A stretch of DNA of 64,000 nt from an uncultured Eubacteriales bacterium (GCA_949292905.1 CASFAV010000010.1:69920-133919); one strand, 5' to 3'. Positions 10,220 through 20,565 are shown, counted from the stretch's first letter. Made by a program: numbers and translations. The notes: generated by a model from the sequence alone, not told the origin.

Positions 10220-10792
10220 ATGGCGAAAAACTTTTCTTTTCATATCGATTCTTTACAAAGCGGTTGGATATTGGGAAAAATATCTTTGGGCGGCGGTTCC
10301 ACAGATTTCCGTATGTCGTATGTACTGGGCGACGACTTTACTAATATTCTGTTGCTTCTTCTGACTTTCCACCCGGATCATGATACCGTGGGTAAATTTA
10401 TCAACTCATGCAATTACCATTTCGAAGATTTTCCCTGTGACAACATCTCGATAGACGAAGAAGGTACGACAGTCGATTGGAAAATTACGCGCGTCGATGA
10501 AAAGAGCGATCTTTTACATATTACCGTCACGGCGGAGCGTTATGACGAGAAAATGGACGAAAAACCAATAATACTCACAGACGACGTTCTTTACGAAGAT
10601 CTTGCTTACGAGATCGTTTCTGCCATCGACGAGTTACTGAAAAAATTCGGCCTAATGAAATTCTTACAAGAATTTTATAAACCTTTCCCCGTCACCGAAT
10701 TTATCGCTATAAAGTCGCTTTTACTTGAAAAGCCTCCTCTCGACTCTCTCTATGACGAATTGACGTTGCTGTCGGCTACGCTTCGCAAATAG
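10220..10792 (+). CDS. Hypothetical protein (190 aa), no recognisable motif
   Basis: AAGGAGG RBS and a clean ORF. AT-richer than its neighbours. Confidence 0.55.
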   Translation: MAKNFSFHIDSLQSGWILGKISLGGGSTDFRMSYVLGDDFTNILLLLLTFHPDHDTVGKFINSCNYHFEDFPCDNISIDEEGTTVDWKITRVDEKSDLLHITVTAERYDEKMDEKPIILTDDVLYEDLAYEIVSAIDELLKKFGLMKFLQEFYKPFPVTEFIAIKSLLLEKPPLDSLYDELTLLSATLRK

Positions 10793-10794
10793 GA

Positions 10795-11433
10795 TCAAGA
10801 CGGCTGTTTCGTTTTCCTTGCCGTGACGAGGAGGTCGCGGGTGCCGGTGGTGGGTTCGGAGTAGTTTTCGGTAAAGGTGAAGATCTCGAAGCCGTTATTT
10901 GTAAGAAGGTCGCAAACGCGGGCGGAGTCGAGCGCGCTGTAATAGAACGTTTCGCCGTACATCTCGCCCGTTATCTCCCCTTCTCTGTTGCCGTGAGTGA
11001 AAAGAAGATACCCGCCGCTCTTTATGAGAGAAGCGAGCTTCGGATATATGCTTTCCTGACGGGAATAAGCGATATACCACAGAGAATCGAAGGCTATGAC
11101 CGCGTCAAAGGCGATATCCGCTACATAATCCGTGAAATCTACGTTGATGAAACGGGCGTTAACGAGCTTCAGGGCGCGAGCCTTCTCGAGCATTTCCGTA
11201 GAAACGTCTATCCCCGTCACGCGGTGACCCTGATTTACAAGATACGCGGCTACGGGATATCCCGTGCCGCAACCGACGTCCAATATTTCCGAATGCGGCG
11301 GAAGCAATTTCTCAAAGTCCGCGATACATTTGTTTATCGCGCAGTCTTTACGGAACTTATGCCATTCGTCCGCGATAGCGTCGTACGCCCTCTTAACGCT
11401 GTCCGGAGTCGCTATCGTTTCGCTTTCCTTCAT
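10795..11433 (-). CDS. Class I SAM-dependent methyltransferase
   Basis: ILDVGCGTGY motif I. 4-nt overlap with the upstream gene. Confidence 0.8.
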   Translation of the reverse strand: MKESETIATPDSVKRAYDAIADEWHKFRKDCAINKCIADFEKLLPPHSEILDVGCGTGYPVAAYLVNQGHRVTGIDVSTEMLEKARALKLVNARFINVDFTDYVADIAFDAVIAFDSLWYIAYSRQESIYPKLASLIKSGGYLLFTHGNREGEITGEMYGETFYYSALDSARVCDLLTNNGFEIFTFTENYSEPTTGTRDLLVTARKTKQPS

Positions 11434-12353
11434 TTATCCCTTCCTTTAATTATGTCGAGCATGACCGGATGCTCGTACTCGCGCGTAAATATCTTGCGTA
11501 CGTTGGGCGTATGAAGCACGAGATAGCGCATCCCGTCGAGATCGTCGAATATCATTCCGTGTCCGCCGTCGCCGGCGTAAAGCGGTTCGCCCTTCTGCAA
11601 CCATTTACCGTTGATCCGTCCGTTGTCGCTGTACGCCGAAAGCTGAACGTACTTCCCGCTACGGGTGTGCGTGGACCACAGCATACAAAGTCTTTCGTTA
11701 TCTCGGAAAAGGAACGGTCCGTCGGTAACCTTATATCTGCCGAGATACGGTTCATATGTGTTTGCGGAGGCTTTGAAAAGAAGGATATCGGTATCGGCTT
11801 CTATCCCGCTCATGTCCTCGGTAAGCCTCACCGCGCGTATTTCGCCGTCTCCGCAGTCTATGTATTCGTAACAGTACACGCACCACACTCTGCCGTCCTC
11901 GACGTAGAGCGTGCCGTCCAAAGAGAATCTGTCGCAGGGCGTTATGCGGGCGCGCATAACGTATCCCTTACAGGAGCTCCTCGAAGTAAAGAGATACGTC
12001 CCCCTCTTGCCGCCCACAGGTTTCAGAGTCACGACAAGGCAATATAGATCTCCTATTTTGTGTATTTCGGGAGCCCAGAAATCGGAATACTCTTTATTGA
12101 GCTTTGCCTTCTCCACTATCATGTACGGTCCCGACCACATCAGTTTATCGCGCGACTTATACATTGCGACTCCGTAGGAATCGTTGTAATTCAAGCGGTA
12201 TATCGTTCCCGTCAGAGCGTATCCGTCGTCTGTTGCGAAAACAAACGGATCGCGCACGTAAATATCCTCGAGCGTGAGATCGGTGCGAAAAGGTATCGGC
12301 CATTCGAGTCTTCTACCTGTTATGTATTTCCTTAATTTTTTATAAAGCCCCAT
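11430..12353 (-). CDS. GH43-like glycoside hydrolase (five-bladed propeller family)
   Basis: DPFVF, FWAPEIHK and VTDGPFLF motifs resemble GH43 blades. GAGGAG RBS. Confidence 0.6.
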   Translation of the reverse strand: MGLYKKLRKYITGRRLEWPIPFRTDLTLEDIYVRDPFVFATDDGYALTGTIYRLNYNDSYGVAMYKSRDKLMWSGPYMIVEKAKLNKEYSDFWAPEIHKIGDLYCLVVTLKPVGGKRGTYLFTSRSSCKGYVMRARITPCDRFSLDGTLYVEDGRVWCVYCYEYIDCGDGEIRAVRLTEDMSGIEADTDILLFKASANTYEPYLGRYKVTDGPFLFRDNERLCMLWSTHTRSGKYVQLSAYSDNGRINGKWLQKGEPLYAGDGGHGMIFDDLDGMRYLVLHTPNVRKIFTREYEHPVMLDIIKGRDK

Positions 12354-12456
12354 ATACTGTCTCCTCGGATATTATACAGCACTCGCGACGTATTTACAAC
12401 AACGGGTATTGACGGCGAAAAAAATCGACGATAAGATATATACGGAGGTATGCGGT

Positions 12457-13254
12457 ATGGATATCGGAATTCCCGAACTTATCGAAATAAACGCTCTCGA
12501 AGAGCGCGCGGCACTTTGCGCGGAACTGGGGCTCTCCTTCGTGGAACTCAACATGAATATACCCTCGTCGCAAACGGGCACGCTGCGCGCACGCGACCTC
12601 CTCGCGCTGAAGAGGAAATACGGCATCTATTTCACCCTGCATCTCGACGAGAATCTCAATCCTTTCGACTTTAATCCTAAAGTATCGGAAGCGTATTCGG
12701 ACACGATGAAAGACGCCGTGAAACTTGCCGAAGAAGCGGAGATACCCCTTCTGAACATGCACCTTGCGCAGGGCGTTTATTTCACTATGCCGGAAGGGAA
12801 GATTTATCTTTACGACCGCTACGAAAAGGTATATCTCGACTCGGTGCGCGCTTTCCGCGACGATATAGACAAAACGGCAAAAGGTAAAAACGTTATCATC
12901 GCCATAGAGAATACGAACGGCTACCGCGCTTTCCAACGGAAAGCGATAGATATTCTTCTCGAAAGCGAAGTTTTCGCTCTGACCCTGGATATAGGTCACG
13001 GCGCATGTGCGGGCAGAGCGGGCAAAGCGGACGAAGAATTCGTCGTGAAACGCTACGATAAGCTCAGACACTTCCATATACACGACGCAGAAGGCGACAA
13101 ATGTCATCTTCCTCTGGACGAAGGCAAAACCGATTGGAGAAAATATCTTGCTATGGCGGGATATCGCGGTTGCCGCGCCGTGATAGAAACGAAGACCGTA
13201 GCGGGACTCGAAGCAAGCGTATACGTACTGCGGAAAGAAAATTTTATAAAGTAA
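12457..13254 (+). CDS. Sugar phosphate isomerase/epimerase (xylose-isomerase-like TIM barrel)
   Basis: Start moved to the ATG 8 nt after GGAGG. HFHIHD and IENT motifs are typical of the AP-endonuclease-2/xylose isomerase-like fold. Confidence 0.7.
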   Translation: MDIGIPELIEINALEERAALCAELGLSFVELNMNIPSSQTGTLRARDLLALKRKYGIYFTLHLDENLNPFDFNPKVSEAYSDTMKDAVKLAEEAEIPLLNMHLAQGVYFTMPEGKIYLYDRYEKVYLDSVRAFRDDIDKTAKGKNVIIAIENTNGYRAFQRKAIDILLESEVFALTLDIGHGACAGRAGKADEEFVVKRYDKLRHFHIHDAEGDKCHLPLDEGKTDWRKYLAMAGYRGCRAVIETKTVAGLEASVYVLRKENFIK

Positions 13255-13323
13255 ATACTTTAGTATTGACTGTATTCCGTTTCGTACGTATAATTTATAT
13301 ATACCACCGCAGGAGGATTTTTC

Positions 13324-13686
13324 ATGAAAACTTTAGGCAATATTCTTTGGTTCATTTTTACCGGATTGTGGGTAGGACTCTCCTATATAATATTGGGACT
13401 GTTTTGGTGCATAACCATTATAGGCATACCTTTCGGCAAGCAGTGCTTCAAGATAGCCGGTTTCGTATTTTGGCCGTTCGGCAAAAAAGCGGATACGAAC
13501 TTCTCCAAACACGCCGTACTCAACATAATATGGATAATATTCGGCGGATTGGAAATATTCTTGGGATTCATATTGTTCGGTGTTCTCTGGTGCATAACCA
13601 TTGTGGGAATACCTTTCGGCAAGCAGTGCTTCAAGTTCGCCGTACTCTCTTTGATGCCTTTCGGCGCAGAGATCAAGAAAGCCTGA
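13324..13686 (+). CDS. yccF: YccF-domain inner membrane protein
   Basis: Two internal repeats, each WCIT(I/V)(I/V)GIPFGKQCFK..PFG. AGGAGG RBS. Confidence 0.75.
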   Translation: MKTLGNILWFIFTGLWVGLSYIILGLFWCITIIGIPFGKQCFKIAGFVFWPFGKKADTNFSKHAVLNIIWIIFGGLEIFLGFILFGVLWCITIVGIPFGKQCFKFAVLSLMPFGAEIKKA

Positions 13687-13704
13687 TACCGGCAAAAAAA
13701 ACGT

Positions 13705-13731
13705 AAAGCCGCCTCTTCCGAGGCGGCTTTT
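13705..13731. terminator. Bidirectional terminator (yccF / GNAT gene)
   Basis: A-run, then AAAGCCGCCTC-TTCC-GAGGCGGCTTTT. Confidence 0.7.
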
Positions 13732-13746
13732 CTATGTGGTCACCCG

Positions 13747-14361
13747 TTATTTCGCGGCTTCGGAAGCTATGCCGCGTGCGGTGAGCTCCGCGCATTTCGC
13801 TCCGACGTCTATGGCGTACTGGCGGGAGCCGGGAAGCTCTCTTACCGCGGTGAAGCCGTATTTCTCGTAAAACGAAACCCCTTTAACGTTCGACGCGCCC
13901 ACGACGAGATAGACCTTGGGCACGCCGAGTTCTTTCAGACGGAACATAAGCGCGTTCATGAGCCTGTGTCCCACCCCCTGCCGTTGCGCTTCGGGCAATA
14001 TGTCTATATGCAGATGCGCGGGCATACCGCGCGCGAGTTTTCTCTCGAATACGAGTTCCAGACCCTTGGTCAATGCGCGCGTGAATTTACGTTTACGTAA
14101 AACGGGCAGAAAACGTTTGCGGTAATTCTTCTCGTATTCGCGGTAATCTGGCGCGCAGAAAACGTATCCCACCGCTCTGTCGTTGCAGTCTGCGGCGACG
14201 AAAGAAGTATCGCAAGCGTACTCTACGTAGTAGTCGCAATAGAGGTCGCACAGTATCGCGCGCTTCGACGGAGTATCCGTAGCGGAAGCGGAAGCCGTTT
14301 CTATACATATGCGTCTTACGTCCTCTTTGTCGGACGCTCTCAGGTTACGTATAGAATACAT
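13747..14361 (-). CDS. GNAT family N-acetyltransferase
   Basis: QRQGVGHRLMNAL acetyl-CoA-binding motif (Q/R-x-x-G-x-G/A). Confidence 0.8.
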   Translation of the reverse strand: MYSIRNLRASDKEDVRRICIETASASATDTPSKRAILCDLYCDYYVEYACDTSFVAADCNDRAVGYVFCAPDYREYEKNYRKRFLPVLRKRKFTRALTKGLELVFERKLARGMPAHLHIDILPEAQRQGVGHRLMNALMFRLKELGVPKVYLVVGASNVKGVSFYEKYGFTAVRELPGSRQYAIDVGAKCAELTARGIASEAAK

Positions 14362-14373
14362 ATTTACCTCGTA

Positions 14374-16827
14374 TTATTTTTGACCGCGGGACGTTTTCTC
14401 ACGCTCTTTGCGAGCGCAAAGCTTGAGCACCCGCCGCGCGGAGCGTAAGAGCTCGTAACGGGTGATACCGCCCTCTTTGTCAAGCCTTCTTACCGCACTG
14501 TGATCGAAAGGCACTCTGCGGATATTGCCGGGCATAAGCACGTCGACGCCCGCGCGGACGCGGTAGGCGTTGTCTCTGACTCCCGGAAATTCCGGACTTT
14601 CCGCCCTTCTCATCCACCAGTCCGTGATCACCACGCCGTCGAAGCCCCATTCGTTGCGGAGCACGCTCTCCGCGAGGTCGTAATTGTAATGGCTCCAGAC
14701 GCCGTTTATTTTGTTATAGCTCGTCATTATGTTGTCGGGCGCGCTTTCGCGTACGCATATCTCGAAACCTTTGAGATATATTTCGCGTAGCGCGCGCTCC
14801 GATACTCTGCTGTCGTTATGGTTACGGTTGACTTCCTGATTGTTACAGGCAAAGTGCTTGGGACAAGCCGAAGCGCCGCCCGATTGCAACCCTTCCACGC
14901 AAGCCGCGGCGGTCTTACCGCTCAGTAAGGGGTCTTCCGAGAAGTATTCGAAATTCCTGCCGCAGAGAGGATTTCTGTGGATATTCATACCCGGTCCGAG
15001 CATTATATCAGAGCCTATGGCTCTCGCCTCCCTGCCCTCGGCTTCGTAAAGGGCGCGCACGAGCGCGGTATTCCAGGTAGCCGCTATAGCCGTGCCGCAG
15101 GGAAGCAGTGAAGCGGTAAGTCTTATGCGCACGCCCGCAGGTCCGTCGCAGGTTATGAGCGCGGGCACTCCCCTTGCGCGTAACGCTTCGGTAACGCCGC
15201 CGTACGCGCCCGCGTTGCCGATGACTCCGTAACGGCTGTTCATTTTTCCTTCGCCGCGCGTAAGAGATTCGAGTTCCCTGTCCGAGAGGGTATCCGCGAA
15301 TTCCTCTACCGTGCGGCGCCCCGCCACGACTTCCGAAAAATCGAAACGTTCTGCCGACCTTTCCTTCGCTACGAATATATTTCCGCAAATACGCGCTTTA
15401 AGATCTCTTTCGTTGACGCATACCTTACGGTAAGCGGGGCGAAGTCCCCCGTCCGCGATCTCCGGATACAATACGTCGAAAGCGTTGGCTTTATCGACGC
15501 ACAAAACTTTTTCGAGTTTAACGATAGATTTACATTCTCCGAGAGTAAACGAGCCCGCTTTCGTCACGTCGCGCACGCTCGAACCAATATAAAATTCGTA
15601 TTCTCCTTTCTCGAGAACGTACGCGGAAGCGTAGCCCGCGAGCCCTCCGTCGTCGAAGGACGCAAAAGCGTATTCGTCGAACGTAAATTCGCATACTTCC
15701 GTTTCGTCGGGCGAAATCTCCGCCGTTTTTGTAAAGGCTACGAGATTCATAAGGGGTTTGCCGAGCCTGCCTTGCAGAGGGCGGCAATAGATCTGAACGA
15801 CCTCTTTGCCCGCGACTTTACCCGTATTCGCGACGCGCGCTTTAACGGAGATTTTACCGTCCTTATATTCAAAGCCGCACGGTTCGATCGTGAAAGAAGT
15901 ATAACTCAAACCGAAGCCGAAAGGATAAAGGACTTTCTCCGGCGCAAAGGTCTCGAAATAACGGTAGCCGACGTAAATATCTTCGGAATAATTATTGAAT
16001 TCCCTGTTGCCGAAGTTGGCGGAAGAAGGATAATCGGCATAATTTCTCGCAACGGTCATCGGAAGTTTTCCGGAAGGCGAACGCACGCCGTAGAGAATAT
16101 CCGCGACGGCGGCGCCCGACCTTTCGCCGAGCTGCCAGACGTACATTATCGCGGAAAGCTTGTCACCGTATTTTTCCGTCCAGGACATGTCTATCATATT
16201 GCCGCAGTTCATGAGCACAACGGTATGCTCGAAAGCAGACGTCACGGCATCGAGCATGTCTCTTTCCGCTTGCGTAAGATAATAACTGCCTTCTTTCAGG
16301 ACGTTCTCGCGGTCTTCGCCCGCAGCCCTTCCTATAACTATCACCGCCGTATCGGCGGCTTTACCCGCTTCCGCCACGAGTTCGGGCGCAAGCGGCATTT
16401 CATCGAAATTATACGGCCAATTCCCCCAGTAACCGTGATCGGCTTCGTTCTGAGGAAGGGCGAGCCAGTCCGTGTATGCTTTCCTTAACGGCTCGTAAAC
16501 TTTGACGCCGAGCGCGGCAAGAGCTTTGTCGAGATTTATTTTCTCGGGCGCAATGACGTCGCCTCCGCTCCCGTACCCTATATAAAACCAATCGAACTGG
16601 CATCTGCCGAAATACGCGACCGTTTCGTCGGCTTTGAGCGGCAACGTGCCGTCGTTACGGAGAAGCACGATGCCTTCCGCGCCGGCTTCGGTGAGAAGCT
16701 CCGTGAATTTTTCGCGCGCTCCCGCCGCCACGCCCGCCATACGGTTCTCGTCCTGCGAAAGGGTATTGGTAAATCTGTTGACAATCTTGCCTACGATTTT
16801 TTTTACTTTTTTGGAAATATCGCTCAT
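14374..16827 (-). CDS. GH3 beta-glucosidase-type enzyme with permuted domain order
   Basis: GFDGVVITDW nucleophile motif and KHFACNNQE lie at the C-terminus. The alpha/beta-sandwich motifs (EGIVLLRNDGTLPL, FGFGLSYTSF) and an Fn3-like segment lie N-terminal to them. Confidence 0.9.
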   Translation of the reverse strand: MSDISKKVKKIVGKIVNRFTNTLSQDENRMAGVAAGAREKFTELLTEAGAEGIVLLRNDGTLPLKADETVAYFGRCQFDWFYIGYGSGGDVIAPEKINLDKALAALGVKVYEPLRKAYTDWLALPQNEADHGYWGNWPYNFDEMPLAPELVAEAGKAADTAVIVIGRAAGEDRENVLKEGSYYLTQAERDMLDAVTSAFEHTVVLMNCGNMIDMSWTEKYGDKLSAIMYVWQLGERSGAAVADILYGVRSPSGKLPMTVARNYADYPSSANFGNREFNNYSEDIYVGYRYFETFAPEKVLYPFGFGLSYTSFTIEPCGFEYKDGKISVKARVANTGKVAGKEVVQIYCRPLQGRLGKPLMNLVAFTKTAEISPDETEVCEFTFDEYAFASFDDGGLAGYASAYVLEKGEYEFYIGSSVRDVTKAGSFTLGECKSIVKLEKVLCVDKANAFDVLYPEIADGGLRPAYRKVCVNERDLKARICGNIFVAKERSAERFDFSEVVAGRRTVEEFADTLSDRELESLTRGEGKMNSRYGVIGNAGAYGGVTEALRARGVPALITCDGPAGVRIRLTASLLPCGTAIAATWNTALVRALYEAEGREARAIGSDIMLGPGMNIHRNPLCGRNFEYFSEDPLLSGKTAAACVEGLQSGGASACPKHFACNNQEVNRNHNDSRVSERALREIYLKGFEICVRESAPDNIMTSYNKINGVWSHYNYDLAESVLRNEWGFDGVVITDWWMRRAESPEFPGVRDNAYRVRAGVDVLMPGNIRRVPFDHSAVRRLDKEGGITRYELLRSARRVLKLCARKEREKTSRGQK

Positions 16828-16881
16828 ATCGTTACTCCGCTTCGGCGTTCGATCCGACGCCGTACTCCTTTTATATTTTAT

Positions 16882-18984
16882 TTATTCCAGCGCCGCCGCG
16901 AGCTCGTAACCCGCGCGTGTCGCGTCGGCTATCCTGCCTACGCGCTCCGCGTCGCCTATGGTATAAACTTTTTCGCAAACGCCTTTGAGCTCCTTCGCGA
17001 GCGCGTTAACGGGACGCGCGCCCAAAGACAGCACCACGGCGTCGCAATCCAGGCGCGAAGTTTCTCCCGTAACTTTGAAACCCTTACCTCTTTTCACCAC
17101 TTTAACGAGCTCAACTCCCTTCTCGTCTATGGCGACAAGCTTGGTGTTCAGAATGAAACGCGTGCCGCATTTCTCGAGTTTGGGTATACAATCGTCGCGG
17201 TGTTGGAACCAAGTCGTGGGGGCAACGGAATCCGCCATCTCCACTATCGTGAGTTCGTTCTCGGGCGCTATGAGCTCCGCCGTTTCGAGTCCCGTCATGC
17301 CGGAACCGATGAGTGCTACCTTCTTTCCTTTGAAACTTACCACTCCGGTAAGGATCTCCGTGGTGGTATAAACGTTCTTGCCGTTCACTCCGGGTATCGA
17401 GCGCGGCCTCGACGCCACTGCTCCCGTCGCCACTATGACCGCATAGGGGGAATAAGACTTGACGGTTTCCGCCGTCGCTTCGGCTCCGTAAATTATTTCG
17501 GCGCCGTTGGATACGGCGAAGCGCTCGAGATCTTCCGAGCACCAACCTATGCGCTCTTTGTGCGGCGGCATAGCAGCGAGATTGAGTTGCCCGCCCGCCT
17601 TATCTTCTTTTTCGAGCACGGTCACGTCGAATCCCCTCTCCGCGAGGATACCCGCGGCGGTAAGTCCCGCGCAGCCCGCGCCCGCTATCACTATTTTTCT
17701 GCCGTTACCGTTCTTTTCAAGACCTTCGGTATAATATTCGCGCTCTTTGCCCACTGTGGGATTGACCGAACAATAGCCGTGCCCGCCCGTAAACGCGTTC
17801 TCCTGCATGCTTTCTATGCAGTAAAGGCAACATATACAGCGCCTGATGTCTTCCGCTCTGCCGTTCATGGCTTTATTAGCCCAGTGCGGGTCTGCGATAT
17901 GCGGCCTTCCCAAAGAAACGAAATCCTGTACTCCTTCCTCGAGGAGTTGTTCCGCAAAATCGGGCGTTCTTATTATGTCCGCGGCGAGAACGGGTATTTT
18001 TACTTCCTTTTTGACCGCCGCCGCCATATATTTCCGCCAACCGCTCTCGAAAGAGGTGGGTTCGAGCCAGTAATTGAACGTATCGTAGGAAGCGGAGCTT
18101 ACGTCCAATGCGTCCACGCCCATTTTTTCTATGGCTTTGGCGTACGCCACTCCCGTTTCGAGCCCATAGCCCTTGCCTTCCTTACCTATGCGGTCGTAAC
18201 ATTCGTCCACGGTGAGGCGCACTATTATCGGATAATCGCCGCACTCCCTGCGGATACCTTCCACTATTTCGCGCAAAAATCTCAATCTGTTCTCGAAACT
18301 GCCGCCGTATTCGTCGGTGCGCTTGTTCGTATTCGGTGAAAGGAACTGTTGGATAAGGTAACCGTGCGTGCCGTGCAGCTCCACGCCGTCCACGCCCGCT
18401 TTCTTGCATCTTACCGCCGCTGCTATGAATTGCTCTATAAGTTTTTTGATTTCACTCTTCCTCAACGCGCGCACCCTGCCGGCGGCAAAGTACGCGGGCT
18501 CCGCCTTGCTGGGCGCGACGGAGCAAGGCACTCTGTCCTTCTCGAGTAAAACTTTACGTAGAACGGGTACCGCTTTGTAGAGCATTTTCCTGTAGCCCTT
18601 CCAAACGCGCTCGGTAGCCACCGATATAGGCACCGTTCCGACCATTAGTCCCACGTTCTGTCTGCCGGGGTGGTGCAGTTGCACGAAAAGCTTGGCGCCG
18701 TGACGGTGTATGCGTTCGGCAAACTCGCGCATGGGCTCGATATGATAATCGTGAGACATCGCAAGCTGACCGAACGAGGAAGCGCCCGTCATATCGTTGA
18801 CGCGGGTTATCTCGGTAATGATAAGTCCCGTACCACCTTTGGCTCTCTCCTCGTAATAGTCCATCAGTTGTTCGGTAGGTCTGCCGTCGATCTGACCGAA
18901 GCCCATAAGCATGGGCGACATAACGATACGGTTCTTGATTTCACAACCGCCGATCTTCACGGGAGAAAAAAGTTTGGGATACAT
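16882..18984 (-). CDS. OYE-type FMN / FAD-dependent oxidoreductase (2-enoate / 2,4-dienoyl-CoA reductase-like), 700 aa
   Basis: Tracked ORF trimmed to MYPKLFSPVKIGG, preceded by GGAGGAG. NADH:flavin oxidoreductase N-terminal half, Cys cluster RRCICCLYC, and C-terminal GAGCAG and IGSGMTG dinucleotide-binding motifs. Confidence 0.85.
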   Translation of the reverse strand: MYPKLFSPVKIGGCEIKNRIVMSPMLMGFGQIDGRPTEQLMDYYEERAKGGTGLIITEITRVNDMTGASSFGQLAMSHDYHIEPMREFAERIHRHGAKLFVQLHHPGRQNVGLMVGTVPISVATERVWKGYRKMLYKAVPVLRKVLLEKDRVPCSVAPSKAEPAYFAAGRVRALRKSEIKKLIEQFIAAAVRCKKAGVDGVELHGTHGYLIQQFLSPNTNKRTDEYGGSFENRLRFLREIVEGIRRECGDYPIIVRLTVDECYDRIGKEGKGYGLETGVAYAKAIEKMGVDALDVSSASYDTFNYWLEPTSFESGWRKYMAAAVKKEVKIPVLAADIIRTPDFAEQLLEEGVQDFVSLGRPHIADPHWANKAMNGRAEDIRRCICCLYCIESMQENAFTGGHGYCSVNPTVGKEREYYTEGLEKNGNGRKIVIAGAGCAGLTAAGILAERGFDVTVLEKEDKAGGQLNLAAMPPHKERIGWCSEDLERFAVSNGAEIIYGAEATAETVKSYSPYAVIVATGAVASRPRSIPGVNGKNVYTTTEILTGVVSFKGKKVALIGSGMTGLETAELIAPENELTIVEMADSVAPTTWFQHRDDCIPKLEKCGTRFILNTKLVAIDEKGVELVKVVKRGKGFKVTGETSRLDCDAVVLSLGARPVNALAKELKGVCEKVYTIGDAERVGRIADATRAGYELAAALE

Positions 18985-19129
18985 AGAACTCCTCCGATAA
19001 ACATTGCTTACGAAAAGCGCGCTTTTCGCGCGCCCGTGTACGGGCGCACCTATTGAATATTTTACCACAGAAAACGCCTCCGCGCAATACGGAAACGCGC
19101 CGTATTCGGCGCGCCCTAAAGAAAAAAAC

Positions 19130-19648
19130 TCAATCCCCGTCGTCAAGCGTCTCGAGCGCTTCCTCGGCGCCCTCGTACCCTTCCGCCGCCGCTTTTTCGT
19201 ACCACATACGCGCAAGCGCGCGGTTTTTACGCACGCCGTAACCGTATTCGTAATCGACGCCCGCACGGTACATTGCCAGAACGTCGCCGTTTTCCGCCGC
19301 GGCAAGATAGAGTTTATGCGCTTTACGCATATTTTCCGCTACGCCGCAGCCGCTCTCGTAACGCAAGGCGAGTTCGGTTTCGGCAGGGAAATAATCTTCC
19401 CTCGCCGCAACTCTCAACCAATACACCGCTTTGCGCTCGTCTTTTCCTGCGACAATCCCTTCGTTATAACAGGTATACAGATCGAACGCCGCTTCCGGAT
19501 ATATGCGCGCGAACGCTTCGATATAGGCGAAATCCTTTTCGGTAGGTTCGTCGCAAAGCACCCCTAACGGGCTAAAGTATTCCTCGTCCTCCGCGGGCAC
19601 GTAACGCAAAAGTTTATTTTTTCTTCCCTTTGATCTTACTTCATTCAT
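19130..19648 (-). CDS. Sel1-repeat (TPR-like) protein
   Basis: Repeated A..WY.KAA..G...A segments (KAVYWLRVAA, AHKLYLAAAENGDVLAMYRAG, ARMWYEKAAAEGYEGA). Confidence 0.7.
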   Translation of the reverse strand: MNEVRSKGRKNKLLRYVPAEDEEYFSPLGVLCDEPTEKDFAYIEAFARIYPEAAFDLYTCYNEGIVAGKDERKAVYWLRVAAREDYFPAETELALRYESGCGVAENMRKAHKLYLAAAENGDVLAMYRAGVDYEYGYGVRKNRALARMWYEKAAAEGYEGAEEALETLDDGD

Positions 19649-19767
19649 AATTTATTCTCCCTGTAAAAAAATCAATAAATATTAAAATCGGACGCGCGAA
19701 AAATCCCCGCTGTCAGCGGCACCCAATGCGACAAACGTTTCGTATGGTATCGTAAATTGCTTCGGTC

Positions 19768-20565
19768 TTAATCTATATTTTCGCGCTTACAATAACGTCT
19801 GAATTTGGCTTTCTCTATAGCCCAATACACGCTTCGCGCGACGGGCAGGAATTTGAAAAGCTGCATCGCGAACGAGAAAAGGCGGGACGGATTGCAATAT
19901 TTTTTGCCTTTTGAAACGGCGACGTACATGCGACGGGCGACGTGGGCGGGCTTCTGTACCGGGAAAGGTCTGTCCTCGTCGCGGCTCCTTCCTTCGGAGC
20001 CGTATGCGAAAAAGTTGGTCGCGGTGGCGATGGGATAGAGCACGGTGAGCTTCACGTTGCCGTTGTCCTCGAGCCTCAAGCCTTCCTGGAAGCCCTGCAC
20101 GCAGAACTTCGAAGCGCTGTAGAGGGTGTACCCGGGCATCGCCATCTTGCCTATCGCGGAAGCCGTCACGCAGAAACGCCCCTCTCTGCCGTTAAGATAA
20201 TTAAGGTATCTGCCGTAGGAATAGAAAGGCGAATAGCAATTCGTGCGCATGATACGATCTATTCTGTCCCAGTCGGCGTAATTGAATTTTTCGTAGTAAG
20301 CGAATCCCGCGTTGGCGTAAAATATGTCGATGAACGGAAAGATTTTTTCCGCTTCGGCAAAAACGGCGTCGACGCCCTCTTTAGTCGAAACGTCGCATTT
20401 CATCACGGTAATTCCCGTATACGTTTTTCGGAGTTCGTCGAGCCTTGAGGTATTTACGTCCACGCATAAAACCTTGTTGTCCGCCGCTATCAGCTTAAGA
20501 AACTCGTAGCCTATGCCGCTGTCGCAACCGGTCAGAACGATGTTTTTACCGCATATTTTCCGCAT
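19768..20565 (-). CDS. Short-chain dehydrogenase/reductase (SDR)
   Basis: TGCDSGIG cofactor motif and YSASK catalytic motif. GGAGG RBS. Confidence 0.8.
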   Translation of the reverse strand: MRKICGKNIVLTGCDSGIGYEFLKLIAADNKVLCVDVNTSRLDELRKTYTGITVMKCDVSTKEGVDAVFAEAEKIFPFIDIFYANAGFAYYEKFNYADWDRIDRIMRTNCYSPFYSYGRYLNYLNGREGRFCVTASAIGKMAMPGYTLYSASKFCVQGFQEGLRLEDNGNVKLTVLYPIATATNFFAYGSEGRSRDEDRPFPVQKPAHVARRMYVAVSKGKKYCNPSRLFSFAMQLFKFLPVARSVYWAIEKAKFRRYCKRENID

